From assembly GCF_009914755.1 (NCBI RefSeq), contig NC_060931.1: a stretch of 64,000 nucleotides of DNA; one strand, given 5' to 3'. The position numbers and the translations under genes were made by a program. Numbering within the stretch: position 1 is the first letter of the stretch; every line of letters starts with the position of its first letter. This DNA is from the human T2T-CHM13v2.0 reference genome, Homo sapiens. The notes below the pieces were generated by a model. The model saw nothing but the letters and a program-made list of their open reading frames with translations. It did not search any database and was not told the origin of the DNA. Positions 27,501 to 42,099 of the stretch are shown one piece after another.

Positions 27501-27809
27501 TTTACAGGTTAAGAGCCATAGTATTTTCTTCTATCCTCTAGCAAAACAAACAAAACTACAATCTGATATATTTTTCTATACCAATAAATTTGCATATTTA
27601 GAGTTTTAAATCTTAAAAGTTTGTTTAAATCGTTAACAAATTATTCTTAATTAGTTAAACAATTATGTTTAAGGAACATAAAATTGTATATTTCCATATC
27701 TCCATATTATCATGTTTGCCATTACAACAATTCAACCTAGATTGATTCTAGATCGTATTTTGCAAAATGAATAATTAGTGACTCATTAATTAATAAAGAC
27801 ACAACTTTT

Positions 27810-28603
27810 TGTTTTGATACTTTAAGTTCTGAGGTACATGTGCAGAGCATGCAGGTTTGTTATAGGTATACACGTGCCATGGTGGTTTGCTGCACTCATC
27901 AACCTGTCATCTACATTAGGTATTTCTCCTAATGCTATCCCTCCCCTAGCTCCCCACCCCCCAACAGGCCCTGGTGTGTGATGTTCTCCACCCTGTGTAC
28001 ATGTGTTCTCATTGTTCATCTCCCACTTATGAGTGAGAACATACGGTGTTTGGTTTTCTGTCCTTGTGTTAGTTTGCTGAGAATCATGGTTTCCAGCTTC
28101 ATCCATGTCCCTGCAAAGGACATGAACTCATCCTTTTTTATGGCTGTATAGTATTCCATGGTGTATATGTGCCACGTTTTCTTTATCCAGTCTATCACTG
28201 ATAGGCATTTGGGTTGGTTCCAAGTCTTTTCTATTGTGAACACACAATAAACATACGTGTGCATGTGTCTTTATAGGAGAATGATTTATAATTCTTTGGG
28301 TATATACCCAGTAATGGGATTGCTGGGTCAAATGGTATTTCTAGTTCTAGATCCTTGAGGAATAACCACACTGTCTTCCACAATGGTTGAACTAATTTAC
28401 ACTCCCACCAAGACTGTAAAAGCATTCCTACTTCTCCACATCCTCTCCAGCATCTGTTGTTTCCTGACTTTTTAATGATAGCCATTCTAACTGGCATGAG
28501 ATGGTATCTCATTGTGGTTTTGATTTACATTTCTCTAATGACCAGTGATGATGAGTTTTTCTTCATGTGTTTATTGGCTGCATAAATATCTTCTTTTGAG
28601 AAG
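27810..28603 (-). mobile_element. 5'-truncated L1PA (L1PA7-like) with perfect 14-bp target-site duplication
   Basis: aagacacaactttt at 27796-27809 and 28604-28617; TT/AAAA site; ORF2 C-terminus and 3'UTR present. Confidence 0.95.
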
Positions 28604-29340
28604 AAGACACAACTTTTAAAAGCAGGTTTTTAAATAACTCAATAATTTCATCTCATTCTATTGTTTTAACCCATGCCACAATTATTTATTTCCAGGAGCG
28701 TTTTAGTAGAATATTTTATTTAAAATATATTTAAATACTTTATTAAGAAAACTATGAACAAGAAAATGATTAACTTTAGTTCTACAAAAGTTTAAAATAT
28801 CACATGACGTGCTGGACAAATCTCAATCTGAGACTGCTAATCCATGTTCCTAAAGTCATTGGAAAATGACATTCTGGAAATAGATCATATTCAGAGCTCT
28901 AAAACACCCATAAACCAATGAGCAACAGCTCATATTAATTTTACTCAGATAAACTCACGGCTGACTATTAAAAAAAACCCTGTAAATTGGCTGAGGAATA
29001 ACACAGCAGTCTCAACATCAAACTAAATTGCAAAATTTGACCTAAATTTTGACCTAGCCAAGTCATCATTAATTAAAAGGAAATGAACTCAAACTATCAG
29101 ACTATCAAAAGTAATAAACACTTGAAGAAAAAGCTGTCTTGAAAATAAATTGTTGAGAAATAGTTCCTGTTCATTTGGCCTCTTGCAGTAACTGAAGTCA
29201 TTATAAACTACCTTTTCCACCAATTAAAATAGAAGTCAAATAGAGCATGCCTCTGGTTAGCTAAACACAGAACCATAGAATGTGAAATGGACTCAGGCAC
29301 TTCAGCACTAAAAGATGGCTTCAACCAATAAGTGTATTTA

Positions 29341-29535
29341 TCTGATTTAATTTAATCAATCTGATTTAAATTTATAATTTATATATTTATGATTTAAATT
29401 TAATATATATTTAATATATAATTAATAATTATATATAATATATAATTTATATATAATTAATAATTTATATTAGTATATAAATTTAATATATATAATTGAT
29501 ATAGTTATGATTTAAACTTAATAATCTGATTTAAA
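29341..29535. repeat. AT-rich low-complexity / degenerate (TA)n tract
   Basis: Nearly pure A/T, with repeated tgatttaaa and taatatata units. Confidence 0.9.
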
Positions 29536-30631
29536 AAGCATTAATGAATGAAATAAATATTTTTTAAAAACCAAAATAATAACTCAGTTAACTGCCTTAC
29601 TCTAGAAGATGTAGTATTTTGATAAATTACATTTCTTCTGGTTCAAGAAATTCCTTAATGTTCTCAGCGAACTTTGTGAAATGCATATAGCAACATTTAA
29701 GTCTTCCCAAAATAGAATTGTAATTTCTTTTGATTAAGCCTGCTTTTCATACCTTATGGTAGCATTCTGAATTTCTGATCTCTTTGTATAATACCATAGA
29801 TGCATAAAATAAAAAGTATTAAACTAATTCTCCTACTATTTTCAGGATATGCCCAAAATGTTTTAATTAAAAACGTCAAATCCTTCTTCTAGACTTGTCT
29901 GCCAGAGATTTTCTGCCTTTACTGAGAGTGCTCCACACACACACTCACATACTAATCAGAATGTGGAAGAGTCGAATTGAATCAATTCTTTAAGTAACAT
30001 AAAATTGTGTATTTCCATAACACGTCTCCATGTTATCATGTTTGCCGTTGTAACAATTCAACCTAGACTGATACTAGATAATATTTCTGCAAAATAAATA
30101 GTGACTCATTAATTAATAAAGACAACTTTTAAAAGCAGGTTTTAAAATAACTCAATCATTCTATCTCATTCTGTTCTTTTAATCTGTATCACAATTATTT
30201 TCAGGAGGATTTTAGTGGAATATTTTATTTAAAATATATCTAAATACTTTATTAAGAAAACTATGAAAAAAAATGATTAGTTATATAAAAGTTTAAAATA
30301 TATAATGAAATGCTAGACAAATCTCAATCTGAGACTGTTAATCCATGTTCCTAAAGTCACAATCCTAAAGTCACAAGAAAACCACATTCTGAAAATACAT
30401 AATATTCAGAGCTCTAAAACACCCATAAATCAATGAGCAACAGCTCATATTAATTTTACTCAGATAAGCTTGCTTGTAACTGTAAAAAATAGTTGAATCA
30501 ATTAGATTGATTCAATTAGATTCTTAAATCGAAGAAGGATCAATTAGAATAACCTAATTGAATTAGAGTCTTCCATATTTGAAACAACAGGTCAATGTCA
30601 TTATCTATATAAAGCTAAGAAAGCAAAATGT

Positions 30632-30968
<337 letters not shown>

Positions 30969-31259
30969 TTAACTCATCTTTAAAGTACTATATTGTCTTA
31001 TAAAGCATAGTCAATTTATTTCTTCAAAATCCTGTGAAGGTTTGCTTTTCATCATGTTCGAACAGTTTCCCTAACTTTTAAAATCAGTTTTTACATTGCC
31101 CTCTGCTGTTAACATTTCTTTTCTGTTTAATCTTTCTAAATCATACTTGTGTTTAGTGATCATTTTACATGATGACCATTATCACATCATTTCATCTTTA
31201 TGATGCTGGTGCCCGAAGCTGTTTTATTTGCATTTTGATTCTGAATCATTTTTAGAACA

Positions 31260-31950
31260 AAGAACCTCATTTGTCTTCCTAGATCACTCTCAGAGCTGTC
31301 TGTCCTGCTTTTCGCACCTCTGCCCCTGCTTGCATTCCAGTCCTTATCTATTGAATTGCCTCCAAACGAGTCCCCCAACTTCAGATAAGATCCTCTCTAA
31401 CCCATCCTTCAGAACCCCAAATCTGTGTAATTTTCCTTCTTAAAATCAATCTATATCTTCCAATTGCCTATTTACAGTGTGGAGTCTAAGTTCTTCCTGA
31501 CAGCTTCAGATATTTCATAATTTATCTGAACTGTGACTGCTCTCAAATCCTATCTTGCACTACTCCCTCCAGCGCAGAACTATGCTACAGTCAGGCAACT
31601 TGTCCACAAGTTCACCAATATCACGTATTTTCTCATGTTGCAAAGGCTTTGACAATGATGTTTCCCCATATTGGAATCCTTGCCAGCATTCCTTCTACTA
31701 TGAATACATATTACTTTTATTTCAAGAACTATTTAAAAAAATATTCCTGCCAGGAAGGCTTTTCTTATCCTTCCTACAGCAGAGTACCTTAATATTCAAT
31801 ATACATTCACATCTGTCAGAACTCTATGCCAATTGTTCATGAACATGTTTGTCTGTCCTACTACACTGGTTCTTTTTGGCAGAGACACTGCATTAATAAT
31901 CTTCTGTAGATCCAGCTGCGCTTGTGAAAAGAGAAGCACAGTCAATATAA
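31260..31950 (+). mobile_element. L2 relic (approximate)
   Basis: Pyrimidine-rich L2-like motifs ending catgtttgtctgtcctactacactgg...ggcagagacact. Confidence 0.5.
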
Positions 31951-33537
31951 ATTCAGAGTTACTATACTTTTAAGTAAATTATGTAGTTTTTAATTGAAGT
32001 AATAATCTCTCTGAGTTCAGTTTTAGGGTGGTAAACTCCTTAAAACCTGTATAACAACATACAGGATTAACAAGACTTTTCAAGGTGTCTTAGGTATGGC
32101 AGGCATATGCAAAAATCTAATGTTTTAACACACTCTCTCAATGTTTTTGTGTAAACATTTATTTCAGTTTCGCAATTATGTTATTAAGGTTGGTTTAGCC
32201 TTTGGTTTCTCTGAGATTTTATTACTTGATTCAAACATATTTATCAAGTGGGCACTTTGTGCAAGTCCCTGTGCCAGACACTGGGAATAGCATAAATACG
32301 GTAATACCTTATTATAAAGGATTCCTGTGAGAATTGGGTTCACCAGATTTTTTAAAGGACCTAGCCAAATGCTTGGCAAATAAATGAAAGTTGTGTTGTT
32401 GTTATTGTTATTAAGGGGTTTGTGTAGATTTTTTTAAAAAAGATGAATCATCAATTAGAATGAATAAATAATCATTCAATATGACAATATCATAATAATA
32501 TGTGTAAGATAAAGCCCTGCTACTGCTACTTAGCATTCCATAACACCAACAATAGTTGTCTGGGCTCCAGAGTGCAATGTAAATTAGAGAAATCACAATG
32601 GTGTGCTATTTCTTGGATAAGTGAGCATCCACTTTGGATGATAACAGCCTAAAATTGCATCTGCTTAGTGCAGGACAAAACATGACTTGAGTAGATAGCA
32701 AGTCCTTTTTCAAAGTAAAAGATTTAAACAGAATAATCCACCTCCACAGTTTTTAGTGGTACAAAGCAAATAATAGAATATATTGATGATAGAGATTAGC
32801 AGTCAACATTTAATAAACAAGCTGTGTTGTGCTTTCCTCAGAGTCTATTATCTCGTGTCCATAGTACTTTCTTATCTGTAAAACTGGTTCCTTAAGGGAA
32901 AGTAATACTTGGTTGACCAAGGGCTTCTTTTCTGAAATGTGCTGGTCTTTTCTTTTTCCAGTTTTACTTTTTTACTTACCTATAAAATATTTTCTTATAC
33001 AGAAAATTATGTAAACTTCCAGGATTTTCTAGATATAATAAATTTTAAAAAATTTTCATTAAAATAATAAACTAAAAGGTGGGAAAGTGAATTATCTTCA
33101 ATAAATTTTGTCATTTTTAAAAATTCTGAATTTTTTCTTCCTGAACATTTATAAATTTATTTTTAAACTTTCAGTGAACTGGAAAAAGAAGTTAAAAGTT
33201 AAAAACTTTGAATTTCATAGACTTTTTTTCCTCCAGAGATTTTGTATTTTACATCATCAAAGTCAGGTTTTTTAAAAGTGAAAAAAACTTTCTCTATTCA
33301 ACAATGAAGCTATCAGGAGGTCTTTAATGAGTGTGTCAGATAAAAAGAGTACTTAATTGTAATACCTACTACTGAAGAGTTTTAAGAGAATGGATATTCA
33401 TAATAATTTAGGGGAATGGTAGAAAATTATTTACTTCAAATAATACCATTTTTTTCTTCTTATTATTATGCAGTTTGATTCCTATTGCTTGTTTTTCATT
33501 TCTTCATATAACAAAAGGTTAAATAATTTTATGGCTC

Positions 33538-33826
<289 letters not shown>

Positions 33827-35662
33827 ACCACCATTTTATATTTTTGACTTCTTTTTTAAAAAAATAAAATCTCACATCTCACATATCTCAACCCGTTATT
33901 TTACCGAACTCATAGTCAAATTGCTAAGAGAAACCCACTGCCAATTATTTTTTTTAAATCTGTTTCTTGGGTTCTTTACATTCATATTTCTTAAAATAAT
34001 TTTGTATTGCCTTTATAATATATGGGCTTTTTAAATTTTGGTATATGAAGATTTAGCTTTTCTCATCCTTGTCATATATTACGATCTTGGTTAAACTAAC
34101 ATTTGGAATTTATATTAACTTGCCTCTTTAATATTCATTTTTGAGAAAATTTGGTTCTTATATGGCAAGCTTTACTTAATTTTCTTTTTTTCCTTAAGTT
34201 ATTAATTGCTTTTTTTTTTACAATTCGCTCAGCTTTCTGCGTACCTATCTCTAACTGTTCTCAACACTTCCAAGAGCACCTCTTTCAATACTATTTTTCA
34301 CTTGGCCAGACACATCATGAATTTTGTCAATGCTCTTCTCTCCTGCATGAGCACCCCATTCACTGCCCACGTGCAGCCTAGAACTCTCCATATATTTTTG
34401 TTTTTGAAATTCGTGTTATGGTGGAGATGTCAAAGACAAGGAAGAGTCACATTCTATGCCAGTGCTATCCCTGGCTTTGACCTTCCCACCTGGGGTTTTT
34501 AAGGGTAGTACCTATGTGTGTGGCCGACGCTCAGGTGAAGATGCAAAGCAGTATCAGCTCTGGTTTTGAGTCCCAGCCAAGTTGATGGACACTCTGCCGC
34601 AGTTGCACCCATATGTTGAGAAAACAAAACTACAGGCTGGCTCTTCTGCTAGTGCTTGGTCACAGTGTATACCAGTTCACCTCCCTGGAGACAAACGCCA
34701 TTCGAAATTGGGTTTTCAGGGCCCTGGAAGTATTGAATTAATCTCTAAACTTCTCTAGTTTCTGTGGAGGGCCAATTTTTTTTATTGGGCTACTAGAAAT
34801 GTCTGTACCCCAAAATACATGGGAATCAAATTCAGATTTTTAATAACTGCTAATGAACTCTTCATATTTGATATTTGATCTCCACATTTGATATTTGATT
34901 TCCATATCTCTATATTTGATAAGATTTTCTCAGGTGTTCTTTATGCCTGCTGCATGGCTATTGTCTTTAGATTCTCCTTATCTCATCATGGAAGTCCTCT
35001 ATTCTTTGTGTCTCTGGATTCACAAAGTATTGTGTGTGGGGTCAGGGTATGCTTCTATGTGGTTAATTCGCTATTTTGGTGGAGCATATCTTCAAGGAGC
35101 TTCCTGAGATAGGTAGCATGGAAAGTAAAATGTTTGTACTTAGCCTTCTCAAAAATCATTTCCTTTTACCCTTACACTTGATGGATAGTTTGTGTTAGAT
35201 TTTTAGTTTACAATCCCTTCCATTTAAAATTTCAAAGGCATTAATTATTATCCTTTTCTTTTTAAGCCTCTATTATTGCTGTTGAGATATCGTTTGAATT
35301 CTTATCTTTTCTTCTTTGTAGTTAACGTACATTAATTAATTATCTGGAGAAACCTTTAGCATCTTCTCTACGTTTTCTGTTTTCTGAATTATTATGATGT
35401 CTCACGCTGCAAGTTTATTTATTTCTTGTCTTTCTAATGTGGAGATTTGTTTTCTTCAGTTTAAAGAAATGTGTTGTATTTTGAATAACGTTTCTTTTCA
35501 TCTCTCCCTTTTCTGTGGAATTACTGCTAGTTAGAATTTGAGCCTGATAGGTTAATCACTTAATTGTTTTTTAATAATTATAAGTTTTTTTGTTGTTATT
35601 GCTAATTTCTCTTCAGCGAAAAGCCATTGTTACTGACATGCTAGTTCATAAATTTTTTTTCT

Positions 35663-35663
<1 letters not shown>

Positions 35664-35705
<42 letters not shown>

Positions 35706-35988
35706 AGACACAGTCTTGCTTTGTCATCCAGGCTAGAGTGCAGTGGCACGACCTCGGCTCACTGCACCCTCTGCCTCCTGGGCTCAAGCGATGCCCCCTA
35801 TCTTAGCCTCCCTAGCAGCTGGAACCACAGGCATGCGCTACCATGCCCAGCTAATTTTTGTATTTTTTGTAGAGACGGGGTTTATGCCATGTTGCCCAGG
35901 TTGGCCTTGAACTCCTGAGTTGAAGCAATCTGTTCTCCTCGGTCTCCCAAAGTGCTAGGACTAGAGACATGAGCCACTGCGCCTGGCT
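35664..35988 (-). mobile_element. Full-length AluJ with 41-nt pure A tail
   Basis: T41 at 35664-35704, then gagacacagtcttgc...gggctcaagcgat...gagccactgcgcctggc. Confidence 0.93.
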
Positions 35989-38900
35989 CTCCAGTTTATA
36001 ATTTTTGACCTTGTTTGTTCTTGTTTGTCCTTTTTTGAGCAAAACATGGGAGATCCTTATTTAGTATAGTGATCATTTAGTGATCATACAAGTTACAATA
36101 TTTTAATCTTATTTATCATTTGCTCATTGTTTTTATTTTTGGTTTATTTTACTATATGTGTTATTATTATTTATAGACAAAAATGTTTATTATTTCTTTG
36201 AAGCCTTATGGCTTCTTATCTTGCTTAGGAAATTGCCCCTCATATTCCACTAAGCCTGTACAAATCTTACTTGGATTTCCTTCAAACATTTTTATTATTC
36301 CATTTTTAAATTTAATCTCCTTAATTAACCTGAAAATTATTTGGTATATGGTAATGACTAGAAGTCTAATTTTCTTTTCTTACTGAAGAAAATTATGGCA
36401 GAACTATTTGATAAACCAACTTTTTCTATGGAATGAAATATCTGTTCCATTGGAATTTATAATAATCATTTACTTTAAAACCATATATGGACTGGTTAAG
36501 TTATCCATTTGCCCATTTATCTATTTGTCTATTTTGTGTAATTTAATGTTGTTTTGAATACAGAAATTTTTAATATCTGATAAAACAAGATTTTTAATTT
36601 TGGCAAGCTACATAGCACCTGTAATGTAAATGGTGTTATTAGTTGATTGCCTATCATCATTAAGTATTGGATGTTTTCCTGCCCAAACCATTTAAGATAG
36701 TCTTATGAATTTAAAATGTTTTTTCATGAAATAGCTCTGTAACCTTCAATATCAAAATAAAAATGTTGGTAAGTACAATGGTAAGAGTCAGGTGATGTTA
36801 GATTAGCTATCTGTAGATTCTAACTCTTTTTAATAAGTTGACTATAAAACTCTGCTTTGAATGGTTTTACTGCTCTAGTTCTCTGTTTTCTTGACTATAT
36901 AAGGTGGAAATTATTATTTCAATTATTCCATATCTATATCTCCTACTGTCTTGTGACAAATGAACCAGACAATGTGAAGGCATTTAGAACAAAATAAACA
37001 TTATATATTTGTGATATTTACACATCTTTTGTTAATTTTCTACATCTATACTAAGAAAATATTCTTGGCTTATATTCGTTGTGTTATTTGCTAAGTTTTA
37101 GTATTCTTATCTTGATTCAAAAGCCTCTCTCTCATAAGTAAATCAGAGCAACAACTCCCAGTGCAACATTTCAGAGACTTCTAGGTAAAGAAGACATTTC
37201 AAAAAATATTGAAAACTACTATTTCAGATATTAATCTCTGAAAGTCTAAAATATTCTGGGCTTTCATCAAGCAATTGACAATGCTTTGATGTGTGCTAAG
37301 ACGAAGAAATACCCAAGATCGCTTCCAGAAATTTAATTCATTTAACTTTTTAGTGGTCAATTGATACCCTCCAGAGATGAATCTGGCTTAGATTTAAGAC
37401 ACAGATTTTTAAAAAATATTTCAATAATAGGGTATTTTGCAGTAAATGCCATTAATTTTAAATTCCCAGTGAATAATCCAGGACTAGAAATAAGTGACAC
37501 TGGATTTTAGATTCACGTAATTTAGGAAAATGTGATAAGGTGATAAGGTCCAGGGAAATCACACCCCAAATAGGAGGTGGCTTTCCCCTTGCACCCTTTG
37601 CTCTAGCTTCACTGAATAACTTCTCTTCTATATACCCCCAATCTTTTCTTCCATCTGTGATGTTCCTCATGGTGTTCTTCAGTCTGAACTTGGCCTCATT
37701 CATTGCCACATGTCTAGACCTTGTTCAACTTTCAAAGCAGTCACTACTTGTAACCTCTTTCACAAAACCATGCTCCCCACCATCACTTCTACAGATGCTG
37801 CCATGCTTTTCAATGCTGAAATTCCAAAGCATATAATTTTCCCTCTGGCTTATATATTTTTATTGTAATTAGTCATTGCATCATGGTTATTAAAGCCCCT
37901 TCTCAGGATGATTGTTAAAATATACAATAGGTGTGGTACAGTCACCAACCAATCTGAATGGATCCTGGCTGTACACACCTGGTTCAGCAAGCATGCTTAC
38001 TGGCTGCTGATGAAATAGAACCAGCCATACTAGATGGACAGTATGCTCCCTCAGATCAGTATATGTACTGAATTGATCTCTGTAGGATCCAAAGTTTTAA
38101 TATAGTGTTTTGCATATAATAGATACACTCATATATAGCACTAATCAACTTTGGAAATATAAGAAAGGTAGCCTAAGTATTGGGAAAAATAAGACAGAAA
38201 GGTCACATATTTGTGGAGTGAATTCTTGGATGCTATAATAATAGCTGTTATTATACTCTAATTGAGGATCTTCCATAATGGTTTCATATTTTCTCTTTGA
38301 GAGTAGAGCCTAGCAAATTTCTAGAATGTTTGAGATTTATTTGTTCTGGAAACTGAATTTCCATTCTTACTGAAACTAAATTGGATTTTATAAAGATACT
38401 TAAGAAAATAAATGATTTATTAGGGGTATTTGTTCTTCAAAGGTATACAGCCAAGAAAATTAAACTTCATGGAAAGTTGTGATTGTAATACTTTTTAAAG
38501 ATGATGAACACCTGGTTTAGGAGACTTAATGGATCAAGGCAGCTACTACATGGATGCTCACTGGCAAAAAATAACTATTAAATACATCCATCTTAACTAA
38601 TGGAAGGGTCAGCTAGCTTAAAGGATGTAATTAGATGTTTTTAGTGTAAATTGGGAAAACACTCATCTGTACAATTTGAAAGTCTAATTGGTTTGATTTA
38701 AATCTTAAAGAAAAGTGGTCGTGTATAGCTCTCATTGTCAACAAGTGCACAATATTTTATCAATCCTGAATAATGATCATTTCTTTGGATGGGATCAAAA
38801 TGACTCTCACATATACTTCTAATTTAATAATAGCTACAACTTAAAGGATGTTAACTGTATGCCAAATACAACACTTATTTTTGCTTTACATATGCACTTA

Positions 38901-40739
38901 ATTAAATTGTGGAAATTCAATGATTGATTAGTGGAGATAGTCTGAAAAAGTATTACTGTTTTATACTACAACTTAGGTTGAATCCCAGAACCCTTCATAG
39001 AGCTCACATTCTGACCCACTGAACTAATCTCATGCTGGGATTAAAATTCATAAACAACTTCTGTGAATAAGGTAAAACATTATTAGAGAAAATGACTAAG
39101 TGGAAAATTATTGTTTTTAAATTAGAAGCAGAATAAATGGACTTGCTTAATAAGAATAACAAGAACATGGCTATTTAACATTAAAAATACTCAATGACAT
39201 TCTCAACAGAAATTGTAACTCCATAAAACATTACTTTTTACATTCTGAACCCCATAAAGCAAAAACAAGAATAAAAATTGTATGTGAACAAACCGTCTAA
39301 AAGTGATTACTTAAAATCTATGATATACTCTGGATTAAAGTATGCTGTCCTAAAGCAAATCTTTGTAGATGAGTATTTCTTAGAGTGGACTAAGGTATTC
39401 ATAAAACAAAGTGCTTAAATGAATAATATAAGTAATCGAGATGAAGTGGAACATTTCAAGGATCTATAATTTCAAGAAAACTGTGCTTATCTACAGAGTC
39501 ACAGTTTTTCTGATGTCCTGGTGAAGGATTGAATGGAGGAAAAATACAATAAAAGAACTATATATTTTGTCTAAAAAAAATTGAATTGACTCGTTTGTTT
39601 TTGTTCCCCCGCTAAATTGGCTGTTTATGTTCACTGACAACAAAGGCAAATAAAGATAATTATTTGGATCACTCAAAACAAACAAAACACTGATTAAACA
39701 TATATCTCAAGTACAACACAAAGTTGATTCCATATTTCTACGTGGACAAAACAAAATCTTGCACTTTGCATTGATGTGTCCTCCTATCTGCATAGAGCAA
39801 ATACATTCTTAATCATTTTCTCCTCACTCTGTTTATATATTCTTTCTAATTTAAAATTGCCTCTGAAAGTCTAATATTATTGCAGTTTTCTTCTCCATAT
39901 TATTAACTTTTTAAAATATTTTGCTTATAGTGATTCATGCCCAATTCATATAGATATGTAGATTATAAATTTGATTATTGTCAAATGTTAATAGCAACTC
40001 AGTGAAAAACAACTTGTCCAAAATGTTGCTACCAAAAGGGCACTTGACTATAAATAACTCACATTATATTACATATTCTGTCTTGTTCCCATCCTCAACC
40101 CCCGCCCCTCTGCTCAATAACTAATCTAAGATCAACTGTTGATCAGGGTCAGTTCGCTAAAGGGGAAACATATTGACTCATAAGTTTAAATAAAAATAAA
40201 GTCGCCTCTGATTGGCTCCTTCTTGGAAAGCAAGCAAGTTTTGTGTGGGACTGATATGAAAGAAGAAAGCAGTATTAGGATGAATAATTTCTGTTCATTG
40301 ACAGCTGTTAACATTTATACTAAAACAATTTTATTTATAAACTTTAGGATTAAAGAAAGGTAAAATTAAGTAGCTAAAACTATGCATGAATTGCTTCACT
40401 ATATATCTAAATTCTAGACTAATACGAAAATCAATAGCTGCTAATTGTATAGATGATCATATTTGTTATTCATTTGCTCAACAAACATTCTCTAAGCAAC
40501 TCTATGGGCAAGGCTGTCTGCTAAGTGCTGGGATGCCAAGAGGAATAAGCGCTATCTCTGGTTTGAGAGTTGTTCAGCCTTATGGAGGAGACAAAAATAG
40601 AAATAGGTAATTTAAATCAAAGAACAATGATAAAATATGCAAATTCTGTCAAGTGTGTTTTAAGAGCATAGTAGGAAAAGGAGGCAAAATTGGGGAGAGG
40701 GCGAATTAAGTGCAGGGCATACGTAGCTTGATGCATCCA

Positions 40740-41200
40740 TGTAAAATATTGTGCTGGCCCTATACTTATGTGCTCTCAGATGCATTCTTCGGTCTCTTCC
40801 TTGCTTTCTTCTCAGAGTAGCTGCCCTGTACAGTTTTCCAGACCTCTCCGTCAACTGGCTTCCAGTTGGTTTTGATCAGGCACTGGCAGAGATTGGAGAA
40901 TGGGAGGAAGAGAGAACCAGGATATTTCTCCCCATCCTTGTCTGTCTCAGGATATATTTCTGGCATTGGCTGAATTTCTTTCATGTTTCTTGCTCCCAGA
41001 AAGCAGGCTTGTCCTGGTTTCGGCTCTCGCTGTCCTCTAGCTTATGGGGACAATAGCTATTTTTCTGCTGCTTCACTATCCCCCACTTAGTTTCTCAGCT
41101 TCTTTCACGAGTATATCATCAATTGCTAGTCATTTGTTTCCTCTATTTCAAATATTCAGAGCCATTTCTAGTTTCCTGGTTGGACACAAATGCCTGACAT
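40740..41200 (+). mobile_element. ERVL solo LTR (LTR33-like)
   Basis: caactggcttccagttggttttg...gcactggcagagattggagaatgggaggaagagagaaccagg...gtttcctggttggac. Confidence 0.6.
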
Positions 41201-41634
41201 ACTGAGTCTAAATTCCAGGAGTTTGGGCAGCAGGTTTGGGACTAATCAACATATAAGAGAGAGTTCATGAGTGTACACAGAGATACGGTAGGTAAAAAGA
41301 TTGGTAGATTGAGGGTGGAACCCTGAAGTATATAGCAAGAGATAAAGGAAACATAGCTTTTGAAGGCGTCCAAAGATTAATTTACAATTTCGAATAGAAC
41401 AAGAAAAATGTGGCATTCACTTAAGCCCCTGAGAAAACCTAGGTATCACTTAGACCCAGCATTTGTCAGATGAGGTTTCTGAAGATAGAGAAATTAGGTC
41501 ACATATCTAATAAAGACCAGAATTGAAACCTAAACCTGTTTCCCTATGTAGTGCTCTTGTGATAACACACCCATTATCATGGTAATAGTGTGACATTTGG
41601 TGTCATTTTCACTTGTTCTGTCCTTGTTCCATGT

Positions 41635-41740
41635 GTGCACTTCAGTTTCCTTTTATATAAAGCCAATATATGTTATTAGTTACCTCATAGGTAATTGTAA
41701 GAATTAAATGAGACAGTGCATGAAAAGTACTTAGAATAAA
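41635..41740 (+). mobile_element. MIR fragment
   Basis: cttcagtttcctt...tacctcataggtaattgtaagaattaaatgagacagtgcatgaaaagtacttagaa. Confidence 0.7.
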
Positions 41741-41798
41741 CTACTTAGAATAGTTAAATGTATAGAGAGAGGTTGGAATGACACATGAAGGACTATAG

Positions 41799-42099
<301 letters not shown>

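Larger units (their letters stand above)
27668..30489 (+). repeat. Local direct duplication of ~500 bp: copy 1 at 27668-~28975 (split by L1), copy 2 at 29989-~30489
   Basis: Shared blocks include acaattcaacctaga, gtgactcattaattaataaagac, gacaaatctcaatctgagactg and caatgagcaacagctcatattaattttactcagataa. Confidence 0.93.

Noticed and set aside
29341-29535. AT-rich tract as a replication origin or other functional element
   Set aside because: Indistinguishable from an ordinary degenerate (TA)n expansion on sequence alone.
32974-32982. Minus-strand TAG|GTAAGT as a recursive splice site in the 40-kb intron
   Set aside because: The pyrimidine tract is poor, and roughly one such 8-mer is expected by chance in 40 kb of this composition.
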